The position numbers were made by a program, and so were the translations under genes. Below the pieces are notes generated by a model. The model searched no databases, was not told the DNA's origin, and saw only the letters and a list, made by a program, of their open reading frames with translations. 64,000 nucleotides of DNA, taken from NCBI RefSeq assembly GCF_006345805.1, contig NC_042997.1, positions 188,976,001 to 189,040,000 of the forward strand. Reading direction: 5' to 3'. This DNA is from Octopus sinensis. Lineage: Eukaryota. This document shows positions 26,445 to 39,846 of the stretch, in pieces (the first letter of the stretch is position 1; the number at the start of each line of letters is the position of its first letter).

Positions 26445-27110
26445 CATCATCGTCGTCGTTTAACGTCCGCTTTCCAAGCTGGCATGGGTTGGACGGTTTG
26501 ACTGAGGGCTGGCAAGCCAGAAGGCTGTACCAGGCTTCAATCTGATCTGGCAACGTTTCTACAGCTGGATGCCCTTCCTTACCCCCAACTGCTCCGAGAG
26601 TGTAGTGGGTGCTTTTTGCGTGTCACTGGCACAAGGGCCATTCAGTGGCAATGATCACGCTCAAATGGTGCTTTTTACATGCTACCAGCAGAGGATGAGT
26701 CAGGCGGCACTGGCATCGACCACGCACGAATGGTGCTTTTTATGTCCCACTGGCACAGGTACCAATCAGGTGGTACTGTCATAGGTCATGACAATGACTC
26801 AACTTGACTCAACAGGTCTTCACAAGTGCAGTTTATTGTTCAGTGATTGAAAGGTACTCTTAAATGGGCTGGTTATGCTGCACTGGCATAGGCCATTGTT
26901 ACGAACTCTCTTGGCTTGCTGGGTCTTCTCAAGCACAGCATATCTCCAAAGGTCATGGTCACTTGTCATCGCCTCTGTGAGGCCCAATGTTCAACGGTCG
27001 TGCTTCACCACCTCATCCCAGGTCTTCTTGAGTCTACCTCTTCCATAGGTTCCCTCTACTGCTAGAGTGTGACACTTTTTCACACAGCTGTCCTCATCCA
27101 TATGCAAAAC
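26445..27110 (-). mobile_element. RTE-clade LINE 3' end (ORF C-terminus plus family C 3' UTR)
   Basis: Minus strand MDEDSCVKKCHTLAVEGTYGRGRLKKTWDEVVKHD (RTE-type GR..KTW end) is continuous with the family C sequence, showing that family C is this LINE's 3' region. Confidence 0.82.
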
Positions 27111-27370
27111 CCCAAATAGGAATTAGTATACAGATAAAAAAAATTCAAAAAGCTTGTTAATGCTGATAAAGCGGTGACCACCTACATGGATTTTATATGT
27201 GTGTGCATATATTTATGTATATATATTTATACACACACACGGCTTGGAAGCAAATGGGTGTGGCAACAGTAAGGGCATCCAGCCATAAAAAAACTCTGTT
27301 CCTATGTACTCTTGTCTAAACCATGTGAGCATAGAAAAGTAGATATTAAAATACTAACGGTGTTGATAAG

Positions 27371-27401
<31 letters not shown>

Positions 27402-27406
<5 letters not shown>

Positions 27407-28065
27407 GAGGCGTAATGGCCCAGTGGTTAGGGCAGCGGACTCGCGGTTTCGATTCCCAGACCGGGTGTTGTGTGTATTTATTGAGCGAAAACACCTAAAG
27501 CTCCACGAGGCTCCGGCAGGGGTTGGTGGCGGTCCCTGCTGTACTCTTTCGCCACAACTTTCTCTCACTCTTTCTTCTGTTGGCCTGCTCGCTTAGCCAG
27601 CGGGGTGGCGTTATTTGAAGGCTAAAACAATGCAAAGCGCATTGTGACCAGCGATGTGTAGCAACATCTGATAGTCTGGTCGGAAAAAAGAAAAAAAAAG
27701 AAATATATATATATATATATTATATATATATATATATATATGTGGAGGCGTAATGGCCCAGTGGTTAGGGCAGCGGACTCGCGGTTTCGATTCCCAGACC
27801 GGGTGTTGTGTGTATTTATTGAGCGAAAACACCTAAAGCTCCACGAGGCTCCGGCAGGGGTTGGTGGCGGTCCCTGCTGTACTCTTTCGCCACAACTTTC
27901 TCTCACTCTTTCTTCTGTTGGCCTGCTCGCTTAGCCAGCGGGGTGGCGTTATTTGAAGGCTAAAACAATGCAAAGCGCATTGTGACCAGCGATGTGTAGC
28001 AACATCTGATAGTCTGGTCGGAAAAAAGAAAAAAAAAGAAATATATATATATATATATATATATA
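27402..28065 (+). repeat. Tandem duplication (period 338 bp) of a tRNA-derived SINE plus (TA)n
   Basis: Units beginning ATGTGGAGGCGTAATGGCCCAGTGGTTAGGGCAGCGGACTCGCGG at 27402 and 27740 appear identical by eye; related heads at 48048 (+) and ~35400 (-). Confidence 0.92.
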
Positions 28066-28299
28066 TGTGACAACTATTCGGTTGCCATAATAAAACTGAG
28101 TTTCGGATGTCGGGGCGCAAATCTGCTCCGGCATCTTGTCAGTTATTAAGACAAAAAAAATGCTATAAAAATGACCGTTAAACAAAGGGAAATTATTATG
28201 TAAATGACTGTTATTACGACAAACAAAAGAGTTATTAGAATGACTGTTAAACAAAGGGAAAAACCCGAAGGGGAGAAAGTAAAAAATGCTCACAAAATT

Positions 28300-28665
28300 C
28301 GTGTATGCGTGCATGTACATACATACAGATGTGCACATGCACACCCACGTACATGTGCCTATATGCACATGCTCACTCACACTCGCGTGAAACACATGCA
28401 CACCCACCCACATGCCTATATGTGTACACATACATGCAACCATGCACATATACATATCTGCACATGCGCACAATTATATTCATATGCATGTCTAAATATG
28501 CATATGCTATATCATTTGCTCACTCATACTCGCGTGAAACACATGCATGCATACACACACGCCTATATACATATATATGCAACCATACACGTGCACATAT
28601 ACATACCCGCACACACACACGTATATATATACCCATACATATATGTCTATATATGCACATGCACA
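28300..28665. repeat. Cryptic alternating purine-pyrimidine low-complexity tract
   Basis: Degenerate CA/TA/TG/CG alternation; GCTCACTCA.ACTCGCGTGAAACACATGCA occurs twice. Confidence 0.8.
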
Positions 28666-28751
28666 AAAAAATGCAGGGTGAAAGTTAATATACAGAATAA
28701 AATATGTTAAAATATATAAAGCAATAAAAATATGTAAAAAAAAAATCTATA

Positions 28752-29142
28752 GGCGCAGGAGTGGCTGTGTGGTAAGTAGCTTGCTAACCAACCACATGGT
28801 TCCGGGTTCAGTCCCACTGCGTGGCATCTTGGGCAAGTGTCTTCTGCTATAGCCCCGGGCCGACCAATGCCTTGTGAGTGGATTTGGTAGACGGAAACTG
28901 AAAGAAGCCCGTCGTATATATGTATATATATATACGTGTGTGTGTGTTTGTCCTGCTAGCATTGCTTGACAACCAATGCTGGTGTGTTTACGTCCCCGTC
29001 ACTTAGCGGTTCGGCAAAAGAGATCGATAGAATAAGTACTGGGCTTACAAAGAATAAGTCCCGGGGTCGATTTGCTCGACTAAAGGCGGTGCTCCAGCAT
29101 GGCCGCAGTCAAATGACTGAAACAAGTAAAAGAGTAAAGAGT
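28752..29142 (+). mobile_element. SINE family A, full-length
   Basis: Near-consensus head, core and AAAGAGT tail. Other copies at 31716-32098, 34390-34800, 38941-39305, 39600-40140 (-), 42995-43298, 55380-55739 (-) and 62030-62463. Confidence 0.92.
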
Positions 29143-29199
29143 ATAGAGATAAAATGCTTGAACGTGCACACAATATAAAAAACAGGTTCTTGGGGAGAC

Positions 29200-29420
29200 C
29201 AAAAACATAACAAATATTTAGCCATATGTGGACATGTTCCAAAAAGTTCAGTTCTTGAATTTTGACATGTAGTGGGGGTCTAAGCTGCTTTTCCAGATGA
29301 GCCTCTTTCCACTGCTGTTGGTGTAAGGCTTCCACTTGGCTAAGATCTTCCAATGGATGTTGTAATTGACACCTTTTTCTTTTAAGGACCCTATATGACT
29401 GGATAATTTGGTTGTATGTC
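29200..29420 (-). pseudogene. Penelope-like element GIY-YIG endonuclease C-terminal fragment
   Basis: TTKLSSHIGSLKEKGVNYNIHWKILAKWKPY...NSRTEL..GTCPHMAKYLL resembles the recalled T.LS.YIW.LK...I.W.I...LNKR.EL..KC.H end of PLE ORFs. Confidence 0.75.
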
Positions 29421-29599
29421 CAACCCATGTTAGCATGGAAAAACGGACATTAAATGATGATGATGATGAGATATATACATGTGTGTGTGTGTATGGTTTG
29501 GTAAATTCCTGGAATTAAAATTTTAACCATTGTGTCACTCCTATAGCAATCTCAGCTAAAGATTCTAATTAACTTGATTTCGAGCCGGGTCGTCTGCTG

Positions 29600-30238
29600 C
29601 TGGAGAGGACTGACCAGGTAAAGGACCTGGGTATCTTGGTGGATTCTTCCTTTTCGCCTTTGGCCCAGTGCATCCATGCTGCCATATTCGTACCACTCTA
29701 TGTCATGCTGGTGAGACCCATATTGGAGTACGGGATTCAAGCCTCTTCTCCTTATCTCCTCAAAGATATACAGCATCTCGAAAGAGTCCAGAAGCTGGCT
29801 ATCCGAATGGTTCTTGGTTTAAGCATTTGTCTTATGAAGAAAGGCTGAAGACGCTCGATCTTTATTCTCTAGAAAAACGCCGATGCCGTGGTGATCTCAT
29901 TCTTGCTTACAACATCATAAGCGGAAGGTGTAACCTCTCGAAAGAGCTATTCTTCACTCCTGCTCCAGAACGTCGGCTGCGGGGTCACTCCGAAAAGCTC
30001 TATCTGCGACGATTTCATCTCAATCGAAGGAGAGGGGCTTTCTCCGTCCGGGTTGCGGATCCGTGGAATAAGCTGCCAGACGAGATAGTAAAGATGCCGA
30101 CAACCGCTCGGTTCAAAGTCTCCCTTGACCACAAGAGGCCTGAACTCTTTACATGAACACCATCCTGTACATAACTCCATGTCCCCCTACATGGCCTTGC
30201 TTTTTGAGCCAAATAATTAACTAACTAACTAACTAACT
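29600..30238 (+). mobile_element. CR1/L2-group LINE 3' fragment with (TAAC)n tail
   Basis: KDLGILVD...LYVMLVRPILEYG...LERVQKLA...LSYEERLKTLDLYSLEKRRCRGDLI...FSVRVADPWNKLP; internal deletion and frameshift. Confidence 0.9.
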
Positions 30239-33200
30239 GTATAGCTTATCCAAATGATTGGTAACTAAATTAAAGGCAGAGAACTATTAGGGTATTTGTT
30301 TCTATAGATCTTGGCCATTGATTGTTTTAATTTTACAAGTATCCCTTTTTTTCACTCTTTATTCTTATTACATTCTGGCACATTGTCTTTTTAATTTTTT
30401 TTTTTTTGACATTTTATTGACAGTAAGATGTTATATACACATACCCAACACTATTATCACCATCTTTGTATTTTTATAAATTTATTTCTAAAAAAGTTTG
30501 CAGCCAGATTAGATCAAAAATTCTCATACTCTTTTATATAACTTTCTTAGATTTCTTATCATAGCTATGTGAATTATATGCTCATAACTTAAAGCTAAAA
30601 ATAACTTGAATTTATAGTTTTCTTTTAATTATAAATAGAAAACGCTTCTAAACATTCTTGATATTCATGTTTGCTTGTTAGGTATTGTCAGTTTTTATCT
30701 AAAAATTACAGTGAGAATCATTGTATGAATAATATGCTAGAGCTTAGTGATAAAGGCATTTCTGCACGAATGAAATTAGTTGATTCTTGTTTAAAGTTTT
30801 GTATTGCTTATCTTTTTCATATCTGGCTGTTGCCTTAAACTTCACTATTGATTTAGACTTTTGTGTACAACAATAGATTTTTGGGCTTCTGTTGTATTTA
30901 TTTTGACAACATAACCTGGAGCTGAATTAAATTTGATTTTGATAGCAGTGTGATGTTTATAGACAATTTGGTGATTTCTATCTTTGAACTGCTTTTGGCT
31001 GTGATAGTTTCAAAACATTGTTTTATACAATCCTCACTTTGCTCAAAGCTTTGGAAGATGTGTCTAATGTCAATAAAAAGCCATTTTCATTCTGCAGTGA
31101 GGCTTGTATGTAAAAAAAATGGCTTTGTTTGAAAGTCAAGTTGTTTACTTAGTATGTTTGTTAAAGAAACTCTACCAAATGTTTGAGAACTACAGGATTA
31201 ACAGTAAGAATTTCAAGCTTGCAAGGCAGAAGTAGAAAGAAGATATATATTTTGCAACAATTACTAACTTAATATCATCACATAATACCCTAGTTCCATA
31301 CTCCTAAGGGTTGGACACTTTGACAGGATGCAGTGTGTTCCTCTGTCTGTTTTGGCATGGTTTTTATGGCTTCATGTCTTTCCTACTGCCAACCACTTTA
31401 CAGAGAGTAGTGGGTACTTTTTTGTGGTATGAACACTAGTGAGGTCACCATGCTGCTTGCAAGACTAACATTCCCTTTGCCAAAGTGGGGCTACAGTAGA
31501 AAGGAACTTGACTATTTGCTTGGAAATAAAGGATTAAATTATCAGAGAAGGGACCAGAATGGAACAGTTTCTTACATGGCTACTTACGTTATAGAAAAGA
31601 AGGTTGGAATAAGCGGAGTGGAACTGTGGATAATAGTGTAAGTAGAAAGTAGTGAATATATAACGTACAAACAAAATTGGAATTACTGTAATAGATTTTT
31701 AAAAAATACCTACATGGTGCAGGCATGGCTGTGTGGTTAGAAGCCTGCTTCCCTACCACATGGTTCTGGTTTCAGTCCCACTGTGTGGCACCCTGGGTAA
31801 GTGTCTTCTATTATAGCCTTGGGTTGGCCAAAGCCTTGTGAGCAGATTTGGTAGATGGAAACTGAAAGAAGCCTGTCGTGTATATATCTGTGTGTGTCTG
31901 TGCTTGTCTCCCATCACCACTTGACAACCAGTGCTGGTGTCTTTATGTCCCTTGTAACTTAGCGGTTCAGCAAAATATACTGATAGATAAGTACTAGGCT
32001 TAAAAAAAAGAAAAGAACTGGAGTTAGTCAATTCAGTTGACTAAAAATTTTTCAAGCATGGCTGAAGTCTAGACAGAAACAAGTAAAAGATAAAAGATGG
32101 TTACATTATAAATTTATTTTGATATCAAAAGAAATCCTTTTTTCCTATAAAGTAATTTTTATTATTAATAATGACTTGAAGGTGGTGAGTGGCAGAAATG
32201 AATCATCTTGTGGTATTCAGTTGCGACCCTTTGTTCTAACTTCATATCCTACCTAAGTTGACTCTTTTTTTATCCTTCTGGGACCAATAAAACTAGGACT
32301 ATCAGGTACTGGAGTTGATTAAAAGTGACTTGTATTTTTGTACCAAATCATTACCCATAATGAATGTTCTTGTTGGCTCTGATGCTTGTTGTCATGTGTT
32401 TAAAAAATATTTCATTGTAAGAAATTTAACCTTATAGAAATTCTATTTCTGATCTGGATTGTTGAAATATATTCAAGTGTGGTCCACAGCAGATTAATGT
32501 GCCCGTAATGAAGTAATGCTTACATCCAAGGAAGAGCCACTCCGCAAATTGACATTCAATCACTAACAAATACCACCCCTACTTCTGGTCCACAGACATA
32601 CTGTCTTTTCTATCATTATTAATGGCCTCTTTTGAAGGTGCATGGCTCAGTGGTTAGCGTGTCAAGCTTACAATTGTGAGGTTGTGAGCTCAAATCCCTG
32701 ACCGAGCTGCGTGCTGGGTTCTTGAGCAAGACACTTTATTTCACACTGCTCCAGTTCACTAAATATTAGAAATGAGTTGCAACGTCACAGGTGCCAAGCT
32801 GTATTGGCCTTTACCTTTCCCTTGCCTTTCCACTGGTGGCGTGGAGAGGGGAGGCTGGTATGCATGGGCGACTGCTGGTCTTCCATAAACAACCTTGTCC
32901 GGACTTGTGCCTGTGAGGGTAACTTTCTGGGTGCAATCCCATGGTCAGTGTTGTGACCGAAGGGGGTCTCAGAATGGCCTCTACTCTTCAGAGCTGATTA
33001 ATCTCAAAGCACCCGCCACCTCATATTACCCTTGTTGTATCCAGCACTCCTGGCCCTGCACTAACCACTTTTCTCAGTTCCTTCTCTCTAGAACATCTGT
33101 CCACTAGAATCTCCCCCTTGCTCATGCTTTCCTGCAGGTGTTGACCTGGAAAAGTTTGAATGGAATATTAGCTGCATTAACCTTATCTGTCTCTGAAGGT

Positions 33201-33629
33201 CTGCCAGGGTCATTGCTCCTGCCTTCAGACTCAGTAAGTAAAGTAAAAAAAAACCAAAAAAAAACCCAGAAACAAAATATGACACTTTTCCTTTCAAAAC
33301 CGAAAACCAAAAGTTTTCTAATCAACTATCTTCCAGATATTTTAAAGCAATTTCAAGATATTGTTTTTTTTTCTTTACTAAATATTAAATTTATAAGCAA
33401 AAGAACATATAGCTTATAGATGCTATATTTTTGATATTTTATTCTCATAATTGGGTGTAAGTTAAGGTCAACTTTTGCAAGATTGGAGCTCAACAATTAA
33501 AAAAAAATCCCCAAACTGGAATTAAAAATTGAATTGTAATAGAGTTTCTGGAAATACTGAATCTATTTTTGTTTTATTGAAACAGTTGCAAATATCATGG
33601 AAATTTATGATGTTCCATATTTATGTATA

Positions 33630-34027
33630 TCTTTATATATAAATGTGAGGTTGTGTGCTGTCTGTCTCCTATGATTTAGATTCCTAACTACTCCCACATT
33701 TTGCGGTGCAGTTTAACCAAAACCGGGTATCTTATAGTCGTGATTCATATTGAGCCCTTCTGGGTATTAGCACGCGTCTACGATGAGTCTACGATTTAAA
33801 AAAAAATTTACCATCAATTTTCCCCATTTTTAATGCATTTTTGGCATATATAAGGGAAGTAACTCTCTAAAAATTTATTATTAAATCTCAGAACGTAAAA
33901 AGCTACAGTAACACCACCCCCCTTTGTGGTTAGCCATATTGAGATGGCTATTATACTTTACATCTCTAAAAATGCTTATATAGTTATTTCCCTTACAAAC
34001 CCAAGCAACGCCGGGCGATACTGCTAG
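33630..34027 (+). mobile_element. Non-autonomous Helitron (398 bp)
   Basis: A|TC start, subterminal GC-rich CCCAAGCAACGCCGGG, CTAG|T end, no TSD. Confidence 0.82.
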
Positions 34028-34169
34028 TTAATATATACATAATGAACATATTGTAGATCTCTGAATAGAGTCCACTCTGTGAGTGAAGGTCACTAATAAG
34101 TAGCAGTATAGGAGAGCAAAAGGAACTCATTGTGTTCAGAATAATTGGAGATGGAAATTTTGTGCTGAT

Positions 34170-34553
34170 AAAAATATAGTAATGAATTTAGCAATAGATT
34201 TCTTTCAGGGCTCAACTCTCATCCTTTTCCTATTTATTATAGCCCTTTTGACTATAACTGAGGGTCTATGTATTGGCTGCCTGTGGAATTTCTATAGAAT
34301 TAGAGAAGAAATTCCATATGTGGGGGAAAAAAAAATTCTAAAATCAAGTGGATTTGAAGTAAACTTAACAAAGGGCAAAATTTTAGTAAGTAGGAGTGGC
34401 TGTGTGGTAAGTAGCTTGTTTATAAACCATATGGTTCCAGATTCAGTCCCACTGCGAAGCACCTTGGGCAAGTGTCTTCTACTACAGCCTCGGGCTGACC
34501 AAAACCTTGTGAGTGGATTTGGTAGATGGAAACTGAAAGAAGCCCATCATATG

Positions 34554-34584
<31 letters not shown>

Positions 34585-35755
34585 ATATACGTTTGTGTCT
34601 GTGTTTGTTCTCCCAACATTGCTTGACAACTGATGGTGGTGTGTTTATGTCCCTGTAACTTAGTGATTTGGCAAAAGAGGCTGATAGCATAAGTACTAGA
34701 GTAACAAAGAATAAGTCCTGGGGTCGATTTGCTCAACTAAAGGCAGTGCTCCAGTATGGCCACAGTCAAATGACTGAAACTAGTAAAAGAGTAAAAAAGA
34801 GAGCAAAGAGACAAGACAAATCCTTGCTGCTCTCAGAGAAATGGCTGTACTTGGTATGCAGAAAAGGAGTAAGTGGAAATTCTATATGTTGTACTCAAGA
34901 GGTGTAGTGGGATCACAGGCTGAGTCACATAGAACATTAACTTCCTCTCTGAGCAGATGTATAGGATTAGTCAGCAGTGAGAGTATATGAGAAAGAGATA
35001 CTTTCAAATGACTGGAAGGCTCCCTTGAAATAGTTGATGACTTTTGATACCTAGGTGGCCTAATTAGCAGAGGAGGTAGAATGTTCTGAAAGCATAATAG
35101 CCAGAATAAGGTTGGGTTGGCAAAAGTTCAGGAGGGCTATTACTTTTACTTGTAACAAAGTGTTTCTCTTTCAGATGAAGGGCTTATTGTACAATGTTGT
35201 TGTTGTTTGTTCCTTCTCGAACCATGCCTGGCTCATAAGGGCTGGTTTCCCAGTTTCCTTGGCGTATAGGTTCCCCCACCTGGACGGAGCCGCGTGGAGC
35301 TTAGGTGTTTTCACTCATAAACACACACATCACCCGGTCTGAGATTCGAACCCGCGATCCCTCGACTGCAAGTCCGCTGCTCTAACCACTAGGCCATGTA
35401 CAATGCTTGTGTATGAAATACGATGCTACGTGGTGGCAAAATCTAGGCCTTGAATCTGAAGAGTTTGTGAAAGTAAGAAATAAATGATATATGCTACATG
35501 ATATGTAATGCTAGTGAACATGGTCAACAAAGCACAAATGAGTTGAGAGGAAAAGATAGATAGAATAGGAACTGGATGTGCAAGAGAGAAGAGTGCCCTG
35601 GTATGGACAATTGTATAATGAAGTGCTTGGAGTTTGTGGAAGAGGAACCTGGGAGAATATGGAATGAATTGATAAAGATTGCGGCTAGTGGCAACACATG
35701 TCCTTAGAAAAGACATGCTCCCATTACTAGCTCTGCAAAACAGATGTTAAAATGG
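34170..35755 (+). mobile_element. Heavily decayed RTE-type LINE interrupted by two SINEs
   Basis: QGSTL..FLFII, VNLTKGKILVS, F*YLG, ARIRLGWQKFR remnants; SINE A at 34390-34800 and a minus-strand tRNA-SINE at ~35195-35400. Confidence 0.7.
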
Positions 35756-37879
35756 TGGTTGTAATTGAAATTATGATGCATATTTGCATTTACATGTCTT
35801 ACACACTGTCCTGTTCAAATTCCATCTGCTAGCCTCTCTCACTTTGTGATTCTCTCATCTGTCACACACAACCTCTCTACTATAACTACCAGGTCTCCTA
35901 TATAACAATGTCATTGCGGGCTTATTCCTCCCCTCTTACCATTATCCTTTTAGCAGTTATCATTCTACTCTCCCAACACACTGCCTGTGTAATGAGGGAT
36001 GGTATTGGATCTGACTATTAATGGTTCCTGTCACCCTTCTTTGTTGTTAGTTATCACTCTCTTTCTCTCCTACTATTCCCCCCCCCTTATTTCTCATCAT
36101 TGACACCCACTGCACCTATCTTTATTGCTACCCCCCCCAGCACACTCGCTCCCCATCGCTCTCATTTCCATTACTCCCTCTTCCTTTACCTCCTTCCTGC
36201 CATACATCCTCCACCATGCCATCCAAACTGTTCTGTTTAATCTTCTTAAAACTATCATGTAACTGCCTATAACTATCTCTCTTCTATTACTACCTCCTTT
36301 TTTTTTTACCCTCGATCATTGTGAATGTCTCTTCTGTTTCACTTTGCCTTTGGATCTCTCTGCTACTCACTTCTTGTTTATATTGTTTTGAACAAGTGGA
36401 GATAATTTGTTTTGCTGAGGACAAGACAACTTCTTTGTTGCTGGCTCAGTGATAAAACAAACCCATAGTACTCCATAAAAGGATTGGCATTAGGAAGGAC
36501 AGCTGGAATAAGGAGTGGTTGGAGATCACGCGGGGTCGTTAGCCTCAAATCGCCAGGCCTGGTCGGCGTTTGTGAGAGATGCAGCATTGAGGATGAATGA
36601 AGCCACCTCAACCCACCCCGGGTGAATGCTGTCAAGTCAGTCATTAGGAAGGACGTCCATCTGTATAAACCACACCAAAAGCAACTGTACAAATGAGATG
36701 TAGTCCCTGACCTTTTTAAGGAAGGCGGTAGTAATTTCAAATAAGAACACTATCTCATCCAACCTATGATAGCATTGAAAATGAGTGGAAGATGATGGTA
36801 GTGATGATGAATATACACAATGAGATTGAATGTCTATCTATAAACTGATAAGTTGAAAGGTTTAAATACCAGTCCTGACTATGCAAGCAAGGAAAAAGTA
36901 AACATTAAAATGACTAGTAGTGCTGATGGTATTACTAGTAAGGTATAACGAAGAAAAGAAACTGAAGTTAGGTGTTAAAACAGTTTTTCAATATTTGATA
37001 GTATAGATTATTGGGTGTGGCCTTGTGTCAATTTTTTTTTTTAGTTATAGAATGGTGAGTTGGCAGATGTAAGAAATTGTGGAGTGTTGGACGAATGCTT
37101 TGTAATATTTAATTTTGTCATAAGTTAAATCCCACCAGAGATTTACTTTGCTTTTTTTCTTCTTATCTCATTTGTACAAATAAATGAATAAATTTGGAAT
37201 ACATTGAGGTTGATCTTATTTACTATGCCATCATCATTTAATGTTCATTGTCCATGCTGGTATGGGTTGGACGGTTTGACCAGAGCTGGCAAGTTAAGGA
37301 GCTGCACCAGACTCCAGTCTGATTTATCATGGTTTCTACAGCTGGATGCCATTCCCAATGCCAACCACTTTACAGACTGCAGGGTGCTTTTATGTAACAC
37401 CACATGGGTGCTTTTACGTGGCACTGTAAAAGTTAAATTGAATCAGTCATCAATTTATACCCATTTTTTTTTATTCTTGTATGGGTTGTACTGATCTTCT
37501 CCAGCATACTTGTTGCAATTATGATTTCTCTCCTGTGGTTCAGGCCCCTGGGATTAGCCTCAACCACTTTGTATGTTTTCTGCACTGTTTCTTCAATTTG
37601 GATTGCTTGGTACTTTTACTTAACTGCCATCTTCCACACACATTAGATATATTCAATTTGTTTAATCTTAGTACTTGTTTAATTAAATTTGTTATGCCTC
37701 AGTTCTTGTTTAATCCCATTTACTTTTGTCTCTCTATATTCTGAATGAAAATTCTAGCTGGTTTCTTATTTTTTTCTGGGTTAACGAACCAAACTTGACC
37801 CCGTTGGCTGTCCTTTACATAAATAATTTGGCTTTGAGCCCAGATCAAATATATATAACTCATGCATTAGTTATATATA

Positions 37880-37935
<56 letters not shown>

Positions 37936-38283
37936 TATATATATATAACTGGCACTCCATCAGTTACAATGATGAGATGAAGGTTCCAGGTGAACCGATC
38001 AATGGAACAGCCTGCTTGTGAAATTAATGTGCAAGCGGCAGAGTACTCCGCAGACACATGTACTCTTAACATAGTTCTCAGGGAGATTCAGTGTGACACA
38101 GAGTGTGATAAGGCTGACTCTTTGAAATACAGGTACTACTCACTGTTGCCTGCTGAGTGGGCTAAAGCAATGTGAAATAAAGTGTCTTGCTCAAGGACAA
38201 ACATGCTACCAGATATCAAACTTATGACTTTATGATTGTAAGCTAAATACCCTAAACACTAAACCAGGCCCCTTCACCACATA

Positions 38284-38499
38284 CAAGGTTGGCCTGACAG
38301 TAAACCAAAATTCCATAAATATTTTATATTCAATTTTATTTATTCATTCCAATTATGAATGTTCACAAGAAGGACATCAGTTTGAACAATTTTCTTGATG
38401 TTTCATATTTAGATGCTTTTATTAAATACATTCAGTTGTTAAACATGAACCTTGGAATTAAATGGTTTTGATTTACCGTCAGGTGACTTTTGGCCAAAC

Positions 38500-38502
<3 letters not shown>
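38284..38502. mobile_element. Tc1/mariner-type MITE
   Basis: TA-flanked imperfect TIRs CA(A/G)G(G/T)TTGGCC...TGAC(A/G)GTAAA.CAAAA. Confidence 0.6.
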
Positions 38503-38555
<53 letters not shown>

Positions 38556-39806
38556 ATGTATATATATATATATATATATAAATATAAAATGGAAATTGTA
38601 GTTGTGATACCTGTGCCGGTGGCACGTAAAAAGCACTATCTGAACATGGCTGATGCCAGTGCCGCCTTGACTGGCTTCTGTGCTGGTGGCACGTAAAAAG
38701 CACCAGCCGATCGTGGCCGCTGCCAGCCTCCCCTGGCACCTGTGCTGGTGGCACGTAAAATGCACCCACTACACTCATGGAGTGGTTGGCGTTAGTAAGG
38801 GCATCCAGCTGTAGAAACACTACCAGATCAGACTGGAGCCTGGTGCAGCCTCCTGGCTTCCCAGACCCCGGACGAACCGTCCAACCCATGCTAGCATGGA
38901 AAACGGACGTTAAACGATGATGATGATATATATATATATAGGCACAGGAGTGGCTTGCTTCCCAACCACATGGTTCTAGGTTCAATTCTACTGTGGTACC
39001 TTGGGAAAGTGTCTTCTACTATAGCCTTGCGCCGATCAAAGCCTTGTGAATGGATGTTAGATGGAAACTGAAGGAAGCCCATTGTATATGTTATATGTGT
39101 GTATATTTATATATGTATATGTGTGTGTGTGTGTGAGACTGTTCCCACCATCACTTGACACTGGTGTTGGTTTGTTTACTTTTCCGTAATGTAGCGGTCT
39201 GGCAAAAGTGACCCGATAGAATAAGTACCAGGCTTTAAAGAAGAAAGTCCTGGGGGTCAATTCAGTTGACTTAAATTCTTCAAGGTGGTGCCCCAGCATG
39301 GCTGGAATCTATGTGTGTGTGTGTGTGTGTGTGTTTGTGTGTGTGAAGGCACATGGCTTAGTGATTAGAGTGTTGGACTCATGATAATAAGATTGTGGTT
39401 TCAATTCCTGGACTGGATGGCACATTGTGTTCTTGAGCAAAACATGGTATTCCTCAGTTCACACGGCTGGCAAAAATGAGTAATCATGTGATAGACTGAC
39501 ACCCTGTCCAAGGGATAAATATATACACCACGGAAACTGTGAAAGTCCTATAAGCCCATATAATTCTCGAAGGATCTTTATCCTTTCTTTGTATTATATT
39601 CTTTTTTTCTTTTGTTTGTTTTGGTCATTTTGACTGTGGCCATGCTGAAGCACTGCCTTTAGTCGAACAAATCGACCCCCAGGACTTATTCTTTGTAAGC
39701 CTAGTACTTATTTTATCTGTCTCTTTTGCTGAGCCACTAAGTTATGGGGACGTAAACACACCAACATCAGTTATCAAGCAATGGTGGTGGGAACAAGCAC
39801 AGACAC

Positions 39807-39846
<40 letters not shown>

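Noticed and set aside
27402-27460. tRNA genes at SINE heads (also 48048, 19730-19800, 28752)
   Set aside because: A/B boxes are present but there is no complete cloverleaf, and each continues into a SINE body.
27949-28710. His/Thr/Cys-rich ORFs of 127-174 aa
   Set aside because: Translation of low-complexity purine-pyrimidine repeats; the same applies to the many YIYI/CVCV/ERER ORFs elsewhere.
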